DNA of 64,000 nucleotides from an uncultured Candidatus Rokubacteria bacterium. Lineage in GTDB: Bacteria; Methylomirabilota; Methylomirabilia; Rokubacteriales; CSP1-6. The stretch spans positions 512,001 to 576,000 of the forward strand of contig CAVWFS010000018.1 in NCBI GenBank assembly GCA_963754315.1. Reading direction: 5' to 3'. Below the pieces are notes generated by a model. That model was given only the letters and a program-made list of their open reading frames with translations, was not told the origin of the DNA and searched no databases. A program made the translations under genes and the position numbers. Below are positions 37,406-46,717 of the stretch, one piece after another (position 1 is the stretch's first letter; each line of letters begins with the position of its first letter).

Positions 37406-37574
37406 AGAGGCTTTGATCCTGTACGCCTTCTTCATCGGTCTTGGCCTGCTCGCCCTGGGCATCTGGGAGACGCTGGCGCCTTCGCGGTCCCGGATACCGC
37501 CGCGGCCACCGGTCCCCGACCACGTGGCTGAGGACGCGGTTGGCCCTCGCGCTCCTCACGTCAAACCACGCTAA
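37395..37574 (+). CDS. Small single-TM hypothetical protein
   Basis: ATG overlapping the cupin stop; one hydrophobic helix. Confidence 0.45.
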   Translation: MLSEEALILYAFFIGLGLLALGIWETLAPSRSRIPPRPPVPDHVAEDAVGPRAPHVKPR

Positions 37575-37744
37575 TGGCACGCACGAAATCCCGGCGCAGG
37601 GTCAGACCGAGCCCTGGACGTTCGGGCACGCCCACGTAGCCATCCTCGAGCTCGAAGGGTTCCTCGACCGCCCGAAGTCGCTCGTCTGGGCCCGCTCAGG
37701 GGGGATGAGGGCACGGAGCCAGGAGGCCCGAACGGACGCGATCT

Positions 37745-38803
37745 TCACGACGGCGCCAGACTCTGGCGGCGGATCTCCTCGAGAAGCGCGTCGGGAATTT
37801 CCAGGAATGCCTCGACGATAGCGGGGTCGAAGTGCGAGCCTGCCGAGCGCCTGAGCTCGGTGCGGGCAGCATCGACGGCAATGGCCGTCGAGTACGGGCG
37901 GTCCACGGTCATGGCATCGAAGGCGTCCACGACCGCAAAGATGCGCGCGCCCACCGGGATCTCGTCCCCACGCAGGTGGTCGGGGTATCCCGTGCCGTCC
38001 CAGCGCTCGTGATGGTGGCGGACGATGGGCAAGGCGCCTTCCAGAAACGGGATGTCGCGGATGAGTTGCGCCCCGATCTCGGGATGTCGGCGCATGACGG
38101 CCCACTCCTCGCCGGTAAGCTTTCCAGGCTTGAGGAGAATGGCATCGGGAATTCCGATCTTGCCAATGTCATGCAGGAGCACGCCGTGGGCCAGATGGGT
38201 CATCTCGTCTTCCGACAGCCCGTAGGCCCTGGCCGCAGCCAGCGCATAGCCGTGAACCCTTCGCGAGTGGGCCTCTGTCCCGACGTCGCGCGTGTCGAGG
38301 GCCGAGCCGAGAGCGCGCAGGGTGGCCCGGTACGTCGCCTGGAGCTGATGGTAGGCGGCCTCCAGATCGCGGGTCGCCTCTGCCACCCGCCGTTCCAAGG
38401 TCGCCTGGTAGTCTCGTCGCTCGATGAGGAGCTGGCGGCGCTCGAGCGCCCGCTCGGCGGCCACCAGGAGCGCGTCGATGTCCACGGGCTTCATGATGAA
38501 GTCGTGGGCACCACGCTTGAGACAGTCAATGGCCGTCTTGATGTCGCCTGCTCCAGTGAGGACGATGACAGCGGCGTCGGGATCCTCGTTGCGCAGCTCG
38601 TTCAGCAACGCGCTCCCGTCCATCAAGGGCATACTCAAGTCGGTCACAATGAGGGGAGGACGCCAGGCGCGGAAGGCCTCCAGCCCGGCCTGGCCGTCGG
38701 ACGCCTGCTGGGTGCGATATCCCGCCGTCACGAAGATCTGCTGGAGCACATCGCGAATTTGGGGGTCGTCGTCGACGATCAGGACGCCCTTGGCCTCGAC
38801 CAC
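37745..38803 (-). CDS. Receiver + HD-GYP c-di-GMP phosphodiesterase
   Basis: IVDDD, VTDLSMP; HSRRV, LHDIGKIG, HHERWDGTGYP. Confidence 0.93.
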   Translation of the reverse strand: MVEAKGVLIVDDDPQIRDVLQQIFVTAGYRTQQASDGQAGLEAFRAWRPPLIVTDLSMPLMDGSALLNELRNEDPDAAVIVLTGAGDIKTAIDCLKRGAHDFIMKPVDIDALLVAAERALERRQLLIERRDYQATLERRVAEATRDLEAAYHQLQATYRATLRALGSALDTRDVGTEAHSRRVHGYALAAARAYGLSEDEMTHLAHGVLLHDIGKIGIPDAILLKPGKLTGEEWAVMRRHPEIGAQLIRDIPFLEGALPIVRHHHERWDGTGYPDHLRGDEIPVGARIFAVVDAFDAMTVDRPYSTAIAVDAARTELRRSAGSHFDPAIVEAFLEIPDALLEEIRRQSLAPS

Positions 38804-38805
38804 CT

Positions 38806-39579
38806 TCAGAACGTCTGTTCCACGGGCGGATGTCCACCCGCCACTTGGTTCTTGCCGCCGCGCTTGGCGACGTAGAGAGCCTCGTCGGCGATCCGGACGA
38901 GATCCTCGGAGGTTTCCGCCTCATCGTCGGGCAGGCTGGCCACGCCGAAGCTGGCGGTGACCCGCATCCCATGGGCGTATGGAAAGTTCGAGATGATCTG
39001 TCGGATCCTCTCCGCGTAGAGCGTGGCCCCCGCCTTGGAGGTTTCCACGAGCAGGATCGAGAACTCGTCACCACCATAGCGAGCGACCACGTTGATCCCG
39101 CGCGAGTACCTCATCAGGACCTGACTGATGTCGCGCAACGTCTCGTCGCCGATCATGTGGCCCTGCTCGTCGTTGACCTCTTTGAACCCATCGAGGTCAA
39201 AGAGGACGACCGCCACCGGGTGACCGAAACGCCGATGCCGAGAGATCTCCTCCTCCAGGCGGACGAATAGGAAGCGTCGATTGTACAGTCCAGTCAACTC
39301 GTCCTTGAACGATGTTTCCTTCAGCCTGGTGTTGGTATTCTCCAGCTCCTTGAGGGCCTCGGCCAAACGCTCCTGGGCGCGGGTCAGCTCGGCTGCCTGC
39401 TGGGCCACCGTTGCCCGAAGCTGGGCGAGGGAATCGGAGTCGGATCCGGCGGGATCAGCGGGTGGCTCGCTGTCCCCGTAGCGCTCCGGGGGCAGGGCGC
39501 GATTCAGGGCGGCCAGGAGGATCCCACGAAGCCTGGAGCGGCTCTGGCGTGCGCGGGTATCCGGTTGAGCGTCCGCCAT
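38806..39579 (-). CDS. Coiled-coil + GGDEF diguanylate cyclase
   Basis: DELTGLYNRR, DLDGFKEVND, GH..GD, RYGGDEF; likely leaderless start ATG 39579. Confidence 0.92.
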   Translation of the reverse strand: MADAQPDTRARQSRSRLRGILLAALNRALPPERYGDSEPPADPAGSDSDSLAQLRATVAQQAAELTRAQERLAEALKELENTNTRLKETSFKDELTGLYNRRFLFVRLEEEISRHRRFGHPVAVVLFDLDGFKEVNDEQGHMIGDETLRDISQVLMRYSRGINVVARYGGDEFSILLVETSKAGATLYAERIRQIISNFPYAHGMRVTASFGVASLPDDEAETSEDLVRIADEALYVAKRGGKNQVAGGHPPVEQTF

Positions 39580-39586
39580 CGCTCGG

Positions 39587-39615
39587 ATTATTCGGTTGCC
39601 GCCCCCGCCTGTCAA
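39587..39615 (-). promoter_or_regulatory. Sigma-70 promoter for GGDEF/HD-GYP operon
   Basis: TTGACA-N17-AATAAT-N7-ATG on the minus strand. Confidence 0.7.
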
Positions 39616-39636
39616 TGTCAGAATTCCTCCAGCCCC

Positions 39637-39870
39637 ATGGTGATCGTTCCGGATCGAAAAATCGACTGTGTGGGGCTATTTTGCCCGATGCCAATTCTGA
39701 AGACACGTGAAGCCATGAAGCTCATCGAGCCGGGGCAAGTCCTCGAGATGACGTCCGACGACCCGGCGTCGGAAGCCGATGTCAAGAGTTGGTCGGCACG
39801 GACGGGGAACCAGCTGGTGTCGATGGAGCGGAGCGGGCCCGTATTCCGCTTTCTCATCCGCAAGACCTGA
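39637..39870 (+). CDS. tusA: Sulfur carrier protein TusA family
   Basis: IDCVGLFCPMP (CPxP), DDPASEADV. Confidence 0.92.
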   Translation: MVIVPDRKIDCVGLFCPMPILKTREAMKLIEPGQVLEMTSDDPASEADVKSWSARTGNQLVSMERSGPVFRFLIRKT

Positions 39871-41018
39871 GCGAGTTGCACGCATACCTCGACTACGCGG
39901 GCTTCGCTCCCGTTGATCCGCGTGTTACCGCCGTCATGCGCCCCTTTCTGGAAGGGGGGGCCGGGAACCCCTCGGCTCCGCACTCGCTCGGCCTGGAAGC
40001 GCGCGAAGCGCTTGACGGATCCCGTGCCAAGATCGCTCGTTTGATCGGAGCCACTCCCTCCGGGGTCATCTTCACGGCCAGTGCTACCGAAGCCAACAAC
40101 CTAGCCCTCAAGGGCGTCGCTCAGCTCGTGCCCGGGTGCCACGTGATCACCTCCGCCATCGAGCACATCTCGGTGCTGCACGCCTGCCGCGACCTCGAGA
40201 AGCGTGGCCACACCGTGACCTACCTATCCGTCGACAGCGAGGGCTACGTAGATCCAGCAGCGGTGGAGCGGGCGCTCCGTCCCGACACGCGCCTGGTCTC
40301 GATCATGGCGGCCAACGGAGAGATCGGCACGATTCAGCTCATCCGACAGATCGGGAGCCTCACGCGTGGTCGAGCCGTGCCGCTTCACGTTGACGCTGTA
40401 GGAGCAGCCGGCCGCATTCCTCTCTCGGTCGACGAGTGCGGCATCGATCTACTGACTCTGTCGTCCAACGACATGTACGGTCCACCCGGAACGGGGGCTC
40501 TCTGGGTGCGCCCCACGGTACAACTGATGCCCCAGATCCTGGGGGGAGCGCAGGAAGGTGGCCGGCGGGCCGGGACAGAGAATCTGCCCGCCATCGCCGG
40601 CATGGGGGTGGCTGCGGATTTGCTGCGCGTCGAGGGACCCGCCGAAGCCGTCCGCCTGGCGGGCTTGCGTGATCGCTTGCTACAGGGAACTTTGGAGCGC
40701 ATTGCAGGGGCTGTCGTCACGGGCGCGCGGGCGCGCCGGCGGCTCCCCCATCAGGCGAGCGTGGCCGGCCTAGGCGTCAAGGTCGACGCGTTCCTGCTCG
40801 AACTTGACCTGTGTGGGGTGGCCGCCTCGTCGGGATCGGCCTGCGCCGGCCTGACCGGTGAGCCGTCGCACGTGCTCCGTGCTATCGGCTGCGACCCGGT
40901 CACCGCCGAGGGTTCGGTGGCATTTACGCTCGGGCGCTGGACCACGTCGGGCGAGATCGACTACGTCCTCGATATCTTGCCCGTGGTCGTCGATCGACTC
41001 CGTCGTCACGCATCCTGA
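39867..41018 (+). CDS. IscS/NifS-type cysteine desulfurase homologue lacking the PLP Schiff-base Lys
   Basis: GNPS, FTASATEANN, SAIEH, HVDAV, SSNDMYGP (normally SAHK), SSGSAC; start CTG 39867 or TTG 39876. Confidence 0.85.
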   Translation: MSELHAYLDYAGFAPVDPRVTAVMRPFLEGGAGNPSAPHSLGLEAREALDGSRAKIARLIGATPSGVIFTASATEANNLALKGVAQLVPGCHVITSAIEHISVLHACRDLEKRGHTVTYLSVDSEGYVDPAAVERALRPDTRLVSIMAANGEIGTIQLIRQIGSLTRGRAVPLHVDAVGAAGRIPLSVDECGIDLLTLSSNDMYGPPGTGALWVRPTVQLMPQILGGAQEGGRRAGTENLPAIAGMGVAADLLRVEGPAEAVRLAGLRDRLLQGTLERIAGAVVTGARARRRLPHQASVAGLGVKVDAFLLELDLCGVAASSGSACAGLTGEPSHVLRAIGCDPVTAEGSVAFTLGRWTTSGEIDYVLDILPVVVDRLRRHAS

Positions 41019-41070
41019 CGGTGGGCCTCTTCGTGCCCGACCGCGTCGGGATGCTCGCGCTGACCCGCGG

Positions 41071-41520
41071 GTGAGACTACTCGTTATCTGGCTGCATCTG
41101 CTCGCCGTCGTGGTGTGGATCGGCGGGGTGCTCCAGCAATCCTTGCTCTGGCTTCCCACGGCGCGAGCCCAGCGTGCCGATGCCTTCCTGGTCGCTGCCC
41201 GGCGCGCGCGGCGGCTGACGTGGACGGCCGTGACGACCGTGGTTCTGACGGGCTTCTACAACGTCACTCAGCTCGGCCCCATCGAGCAGGTCATGCAGAG
41301 CGGGGTGGCCCTCACCTTGGCCGGCAAGTTCATGCTGGTGATCCTGGCGGTTGCTCTCGCCGGCCAGCGTGACTTCGCAGAGCTTCCACGTGCCGAGGCG
41401 CTCCTCGCCGCCGGTCAGGAGCCGACACCAGCGCTCAGGGCCATGGCCCGACTGGATCGCCTCGTCCTGGTCCTGGGAGCCGCTATGATCTACCTCGGCC
41501 TGACCCTTACACCCCGGTGA
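41071..41520 (+). CDS. CopD/DUF4149-like 4-TM membrane protein
   Basis: WLHLLAVVVWIGG, VLTG..N, LAGKFMLV. Confidence 0.7.
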   Translation: MRLLVIWLHLLAVVVWIGGVLQQSLLWLPTARAQRADAFLVAARRARRLTWTAVTTVVLTGFYNVTQLGPIEQVMQSGVALTLAGKFMLVILAVALAGQRDFAELPRAEALLAAGQEPTPALRAMARLDRLVLVLGAAMIYLGLTLTPR

Positions 41521-42151
41521 TCTTGATCCCGGAGTTCTTGAGCTTGTAGCGCCGGTTGATGGTGGCGAGGACGGCGGTGATGCCCTCCAGCGGACCGGCG
41601 TTGGTGAGGGGTCCGACATCGAGGCTGCGTAGTCCCATCGAGTCTGCCAGCTCGATCACGACTTGCTTGGCCGCAAGGTCGCCGCCGCACAAGAGGAGAT
41701 CGCATTCGATTGCGTGTTGTGTGGCGGATAGCTCGTGGGCCGCGATGTGGTGAAAGGCGGCGACCACCTTCGCGTGGGGGAGCAGGTCCTGGACCTCCTC
41801 CGCCGCCGATCCGGAGGGCGGTGGCGTGAACAGCCGTCCTCCCCCGAAGGTGAGGGGAACGACCGTGCTGATCACCACCTTGTCCCGACAGCCGTCGCGC
41901 AGCTCGGGTAGGGTGCGCGCGAGGCCCTCGGCAGGCAAGGCGACCACGACGACCTGTCCTCGTCGGGCCGCCTCCGCATTGCTTTCACCGGTGATCGACT
42001 CTCGGCCCGTGAGCTGGCGTAGCTCCGCGGCCTTGGCCCTCGCGCGTTCGGTATCGCGCGACCCGATTACGATCGCGTGCCCGGCGCGGGCCCAGCGGGC
42101 CGCTAGGCCCGCTCCCTCTTTGCCTGTGCCACCGAGGATCGCCACGTTCAT
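41507..42151 (-). CDS. npdG: NADPH-dependent F420 reductase
   Basis: LGGTGKEGAGLA, IGSR, GSAAE, VVAAFH, INRRYK...GIKITG. Confidence 0.92.
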   Translation of the reverse strand: MNVAILGGTGKEGAGLAARWARAGHAIVIGSRDTERARAKAAELRQLTGRESITGESNAEAARRGQVVVVALPAEGLARTLPELRDGCRDKVVISTVVPLTFGGGRLFTPPPSGSAAEEVQDLLPHAKVVAAFHHIAAHELSATQHAIECDLLLCGGDLAAKQVVIELADSMGLRSLDVGPLTNAGPLEGITAVLATINRRYKLKNSGIKITGV

Positions 42152-42177
42152 TCAGGAGTTCTCCGGACCAGACGACG

Positions 42178-42927
42178 TTATCGAAACAGATCCCGTGCCG
42201 GATCGCGTATGAGACTCTTCGAACCCTCCTCACTGGTAGCCAGGGTCAGGCCTCGGACGATGGCGGCCGGAACGCGATCCAGTTTGCCCATGACGGGTTC
42301 GGCCGCCCCCGCCAGCTCGTCGGCAATGGCGATAATCGTGGCCTGGAGCGGCCGGCCGGCCGAATCCAGCTCACCGAGATAGCTTTGCAAGGGCGCGAAG
42401 CCCGACAGCCCGACCGTGATGTTGGTCAGGCCCTCACGCCAAGGCCGCCCGAAAGTGTCGGCGATAAGGACGGCCACCTCGACCTGGGCCTGCAGGCGAA
42501 TCGCCTCTCGAAGATCGCGTGCCGAACGGTCGCAATCCTCGGGGAGGAGCGCCACCGTGTCGACGTCGACGTTGGACTGGTCCACCCCGGCGTTGGCGCA
42601 CACCCAGCCGTGGTGTGTCTCGGTGATGAGGACGCCGCGGTCCATGCGGACTACTCGCCGCGATTCCCGCAGGATGATCTCGATCAGACGGGGATCGCGC
42701 CCGAGTCCGGCCGCCATGGTCTGCGCCACTGCCGAGGGAGTCACAGTATCGAGCCGCAGCAGCCGGCCCTCGGCCTTGGAGACGATCTTCTGACCAATGA
42801 CCAGGACATCGCCGTTGACCAGGGGCGTCTGCTGACGAATGGTGGCGTCCACGATGACACGCGCCAGAGCATCACCTGGACGCACTTCCGGGATGCCCTC
42901 GATCCCGATGACTTCGTAGCGCTTCAT
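42178..42927 (-). CDS. cofE: F420-0:L-glutamate ligase (no C-terminal nitroreductase domain)
   Basis: QKIVSKAEGR, ANAGVDQSN, DTFGRPWREG, ADELA, DLFR. Confidence 0.93.
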   Translation of the reverse strand: MKRYEVIGIEGIPEVRPGDALARVIVDATIRQQTPLVNGDVLVIGQKIVSKAEGRLLRLDTVTPSAVAQTMAAGLGRDPRLIEIILRESRRVVRMDRGVLITETHHGWVCANAGVDQSNVDVDTVALLPEDCDRSARDLREAIRLQAQVEVAVLIADTFGRPWREGLTNITVGLSGFAPLQSYLGELDSAGRPLQATIIAIADELAGAAEPVMGKLDRVPAAIVRGLTLATSEEGSKSLIRDPARDLFR

Positions 42928-42932
42928 GGCGC

Positions 42933-43598
42933 CTATGCTCCCAGCGGATGAAGAGTGAGACGGTCGGCGATGGACCACGCGGCGAGCAAGCGTCCGCTCT
43001 CGGTGTCGGGACCATTGCCGAGGAGGGCGCGGAGATCGCCAGGAGTGTCGATGTCGAGGCCAAGACGCGGCAGACGCAACACACGCGCAACCAAACCATG
43101 GCGTGCGGCCGTCGCGAGATGATTTTCGAAGGAGGGCTCACCGAAGGTGAGGGGCATGAGATCTGGGGGGGAGAGGGCGACCCCGTTGGTGCCGAGCCCG
43201 GAGCGGGAGGGCGCGAACGCAGCCCCTGGCGGCCAACCCACGGCGCTCACGAGGGCGCGGATCTCCTCGGCGGTCACACAGGGCACATCGCCGGGCACCG
43301 TAGCGAAGACTCGCGCTCCCCGGCCCGCGGCCTGCGTCTGGGCGTGGGCCACCGCCGCCGTGTGTCCCGCATTGGCCGCTTCCGAGACGATCTCGGCTCC
43401 GAGCGGTCGCGCGGCGGCGATCACCGCAGGGTCACGGGTGACCACCCAGACGGCATCGAGATGCGCTCCGGTCAGCGCGTGTAGGACATCCCGTAGCATG
43501 GCTTGGGCAAGGGCGGCGCGCTCAGCTGGCTCCAGAATCGGGAGGAGGCGTTGCTTGGCGTTGACGAGGTCCTTCACCGGCACCGCCATCACGATCAT
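42933..43598 (-). CDS. cofC: 2-phospho-L-lactate/PEP guanylyltransferase
   Basis: VPVK..AKQRL, PGDVP, GTNG, FG..SF..H, DIDTPGDL. Confidence 0.92.
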   Translation of the reverse strand: MIVMAVPVKDLVNAKQRLLPILEPAERAALAQAMLRDVLHALTGAHLDAVWVVTRDPAVIAAARPLGAEIVSEAANAGHTAAVAHAQTQAAGRGARVFATVPGDVPCVTAEEIRALVSAVGWPPGAAFAPSRSGLGTNGVALSPPDLMPLTFGEPSFENHLATAARHGLVARVLRLPRLGLDIDTPGDLRALLGNGPDTESGRLLAAWSIADRLTLHPLGA

Positions 43599-44524
43599 GC
43601 CGGCCCAGCCTCGAGAAGGTGCCGCGCCAGCGCCACCTCGCGTCCGCGGTCCGTCATCAGGATGGGGGCGATCAGCGGCCTGACCCCGGCCTTGTCGAGC
43701 ACCGGCGCCTGCGCTCGGTCTTGCTCATCGAGGGCGAGCGCAGTCAACCAGGGATGATAAGCCGTCGCCACCCCGAGCGGCGAAACATCGAGCCCTCGCG
43801 CCCGCATGAGGTTGGCTGCCGGTCCCGACACGGCGGTACCGGCGATGATTGGACTTACCGCCACGATCGGCGCCTTCGCTGCCCGCAGCGCGGCTACGAT
43901 ACCGGGAACTGCCAGGATAGGTCCGATGGAGGTCACGGGGTTCGAGGGGCACACGATGATGAGGTCGCTCTTGATGAGCCTCTCGACAACTCCCGGCGCC
44001 GGACGGGCCTCGGCCGCGCCTGCGTACTCGACGCCGACGACCTCTACCAGCCCTTTCTCGCGTACGAAGTATTCCTGAAAAGATAGCCATCCTCCCGGCG
44101 TCGCGATGCGCGTGCGGACTGGCTGATCGCTCATGGGCACGATCGGCGTCCGTACGGCGAAGCGCCCGGCAATCTCGGCCGTGACCGCGGTGAGCGTGGC
44201 ACCTGCGCGCAGGGCCTGGGTGCGGACAAGATGAGTGGCCAGATCACGGTCTCCTAGATTGAACCAAGTGGGACCGCCCAGCTCGGCCATCGCCTGCAGG
44301 CATCGGAACGTTTCGCCCGCCAATCCCCAGCCGCGCGCGACATCCAGGCGCCCGGCGAGCGCGTACGTCAGCGTGTCGAGGTCGGGCGAGACGTGAAGTC
44401 CCCAGATCTCAGTGTCGTCACCCGTATTGCCGACGATGGTGAGGTCGGATGCGGGTAGGCAAGCGGCCAGGCCGCGGACGAGCTTGGCGGCGCCCGTTCC
44501 CCCGGCGAGGGCGGTCACCCGCAT
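43595..44524 (-). CDS. cofD: 2-phospho-L-lactate transferase
   Basis: [43 protein letters not shown]. Confidence 0.94.
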   Translation of the reverse strand: MRVTALAGGTGAAKLVRGLAACLPASDLTIVGNTGDDTEIWGLHVSPDLDTLTYALAGRLDVARGWGLAGETFRCLQAMAELGGPTWFNLGDRDLATHLVRTQALRAGATLTAVTAEIAGRFAVRTPIVPMSDQPVRTRIATPGGWLSFQEYFVREKGLVEVVGVEYAGAAEARPAPGVVERLIKSDLIIVCPSNPVTSIGPILAVPGIVAALRAAKAPIVAVSPIIAGTAVSGPAANLMRARGLDVSPLGVATAYHPWLTALALDEQDRAQAPVLDKAGVRPLIAPILMTDRGREVALARHLLEAGPA

Positions 44525-44527
44525 CGG

Positions 44528-44974
44528 TCACTCAGTATCGATGCTGCGCAGAGACCACACGGCACTGCCGCCCCGCCATGCATACAGCCCCTCGCCGGCG
44601 CGGCCGGACAATCCCTCGGGTAGTACGCCTTCTGGAAGGGGAATGAACCCATAGCGCACCCAGATACGATCCAGCCCCTGCGGCTGGGCGAACAGGGTGG
44701 AGGCCCCTGCCGCGACGGCATGATCCAGGATGGCGCCCACGAGCTCTGCAGCAATCTGCAGAGGCGTGTGAGTGCTGACGACCACGGGCCCGTGGAGCAG
44801 GGCGGATCGGCCGGCCTGCTCGGCGACGACGCCACCCACGAGTTCCTCCCCATGGCTGGCCGGCTGAAAGGCGCCCCAGGCGAGAAGGGGGCGCACCTGC
44901 CTCGGCCATGACAGAGCGGCGTAGTCGAACAGACTCCTGACTCGTGCAGCATCATCGAGCGACCGGTACACCAA
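44528..44974 (-). CDS. GNAT-fold protein (ArgA/ArsN2-like) with degenerate acetyl-CoA motif; start approximate
   Basis: LVGGV...ALLHGPVV...IAAELVGAILDHA...LFA...WVRYGF; stop lies 3 nt upstream of the cofD start; TACTCT -10-like box upstream. Confidence 0.6.
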   Translation of the reverse strand: MVYRSLDDAARVRSLFDYAALSWPRQVRPLLAWGAFQPASHGEELVGGVVAEQAGRSALLHGPVVVSTHTPLQIAAELVGAILDHAVAAGASTLFAQPQGLDRIWVRYGFIPLPEGVLPEGLSGRAGEGLYAWRGGSAVWSLRSIDTE

Positions 44975-45098
44975 TCCCTGGCCCGACCTGGGTAGAGTAG
45001 CCGAAGCCAGCGAGGTGGCCAGAGCGCCGGCGTCTGCCGAACTGGGAGCGTGGAGCCGCGCCGCCGCGCGCGCGGCGGCCGGTCGGCGCCCCCGCGCG

Positions 45099-45386
45099 CT
45101 ACTTCTTCCCAAGCACCGTGTCCTTGAGGCTCTTGGACAGACGGAACTTGCACACGCGCTTGGCCGGGATCTTGATGGGCTCGCCCGTCTGCGGGTTGCG
45201 TCCCATCCGGGCCTTCCGATTGGCCAAGACGAGCTTGCCGAAGCCCGGGAGCACGAACCCGTTCTTCGCTTCCTTGGTGGCGAGGGCCAGCGTCTGGTCG
45301 AACAGCTCAGAGATCTGCTTTTTGGTGAGGTTGCTCTTCTGAGCGAGGTACGCGTACGTCGCCGACTTCGTCATCATTTTGCTCAC
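45099..45386 (-). CDS. hup: HU family DNA-binding protein
   Basis: MTKS, LPGFGKL, RKARMGRNPQTGEPIKIPAK, KFR..K.LKD; GGAGG RBS. Confidence 0.95.
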   Translation of the reverse strand: MSKMMTKSATYAYLAQKSNLTKKQISELFDQTLALATKEAKNGFVLPGFGKLVLANRKARMGRNPQTGEPIKIPAKRVCKFRLSKSLKDTVLGKK

Positions 45387-45454
45387 AGGCGTCCCTCCGT
45401 CAGGGCGAGTGAACCAGCGTGAGAGGCATTAATACCACAGGCGCTCCGGGTGGG

Positions 45455-46717
45455 CTACCGAGTCGTGAAGCGGAACTCACCCGACGCGATGAGCCGCCGA
45501 TAGGACCCAAAGCGTGTCTCCGCATTCTCGATCTTGTCGAGGGGCGAATCCTCGTCTACCTCATCGCCGCCCCGCAGGACCGTGTAGAGGGTGTCGCGCT
45601 GAGCGGGTACTCGACCGGCGTCACGAATGAGACGACGAAGCTCGGCGGGAGATACGAGCTGCCCATACTGGGCGCCGGCCGAGGTCGAAATCGACTCGTT
45701 GATGAGCGTGCCTCCCAGATCGTTGGCTCCCACCGCCAGCAGAAGCTGGGCGAGCTTCGGCCCTTCCTTGACCCACGAGGCCTGAACGTTACGGATGCTC
45801 GGTCCCAGCATGAGGCGAGCGAGGGCATGCAAACGGATGACCTCGGCCCCGGTGGCGCCACGCCGCACGTTTGGGACGAGACCCTTGGCGTACATCGGGG
45901 CTTCCTGGTGAATCAACGACAACGGGACGAATTCCGTGAAGCCGCCGGTGTCCTTCTGGATCGAGCGAAGGAGCGCCATGTGGCGCACCCAGTGAGCGGG
46001 GGTTTCCACGTGGCCGAACATGATGGTCGATGTGGTGCGAATGCCGAGGGCGTGAGCGGTGGTGATGACCTCGATCCACTGCGGCACGGTGATGCGACCC
46101 CGGGCGATCAGGTCGCGGACGTCCTGATCGAGAATCTCGGCCGAGGTGCCGGGCAACGTACCCAGCCCCGCCGCCCGCAACTCGGTCAGATACTCGCCGA
46201 TGGAGAGCCCCGAGCGCACCGAGCCGTACAGCACCTCCTCCGGCGAGAACGCATGGATGTGCATGTCGGGCAAGGCGCGCTTAATGGCCCGGGTGAGGTC
46301 GATATAGTAGCGGCCGTCGAGCTTGGGTGGTAACCCCGCCTGGATGCAGACCTCGGTGGCGCCCATCTGGGCCGCCTCTTCCGCACGCCGGACGATCTCC
46401 TCGATGGGCAGGAGATACCCCTCCTCTTCGCGGTGATCACGGCTGAACGCGCAGAAGGTGCAGTGCTTGATGCACACGTTGGTGAAATTGATGTTGCGGT
46501 TCACCACGTAGGTGACCACGTCGCCTGCGTGCTGGCGACGCAGCTCGTCGGCGACGAGGCCGAGAGCGTGGAAGTCGCGTCCCTCACTGTGGGCGAGGAC
46601 GAGGGCATCGTCGGGAGCCAGCTCCTGCCCATCGAGACAGCCGTCCAGGATGCGGCGGACGGTCGGGGAGGCCCACTCGAGCCCGATGCGCGTGCTACCA
46701 GCGTCGCCAGTGCTCAT
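45455..46717 (-). CDS. cofH: FO synthase subunit CofH (radical SAM)
   Basis: YVVNRNINFTNVCIKHCTFCAF, PGTSAEIL, TGGFTEFVPL, QASWVKEG, NDLGGTLINESI. Confidence 0.93.
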   Translation of the reverse strand: MSTGDAGSTRIGLEWASPTVRRILDGCLDGQELAPDDALVLAHSEGRDFHALGLVADELRRQHAGDVVTYVVNRNINFTNVCIKHCTFCAFSRDHREEEGYLLPIEEIVRRAEEAAQMGATEVCIQAGLPPKLDGRYYIDLTRAIKRALPDMHIHAFSPEEVLYGSVRSGLSIGEYLTELRAAGLGTLPGTSAEILDQDVRDLIARGRITVPQWIEVITTAHALGIRTTSTIMFGHVETPAHWVRHMALLRSIQKDTGGFTEFVPLSLIHQEAPMYAKGLVPNVRRGATGAEVIRLHALARLMLGPSIRNVQASWVKEGPKLAQLLLAVGANDLGGTLINESISTSAGAQYGQLVSPAELRRLIRDAGRVPAQRDTLYTVLRGGDEVDEDSPLDKIENAETRFGSYRRLIASGEFRFTTR

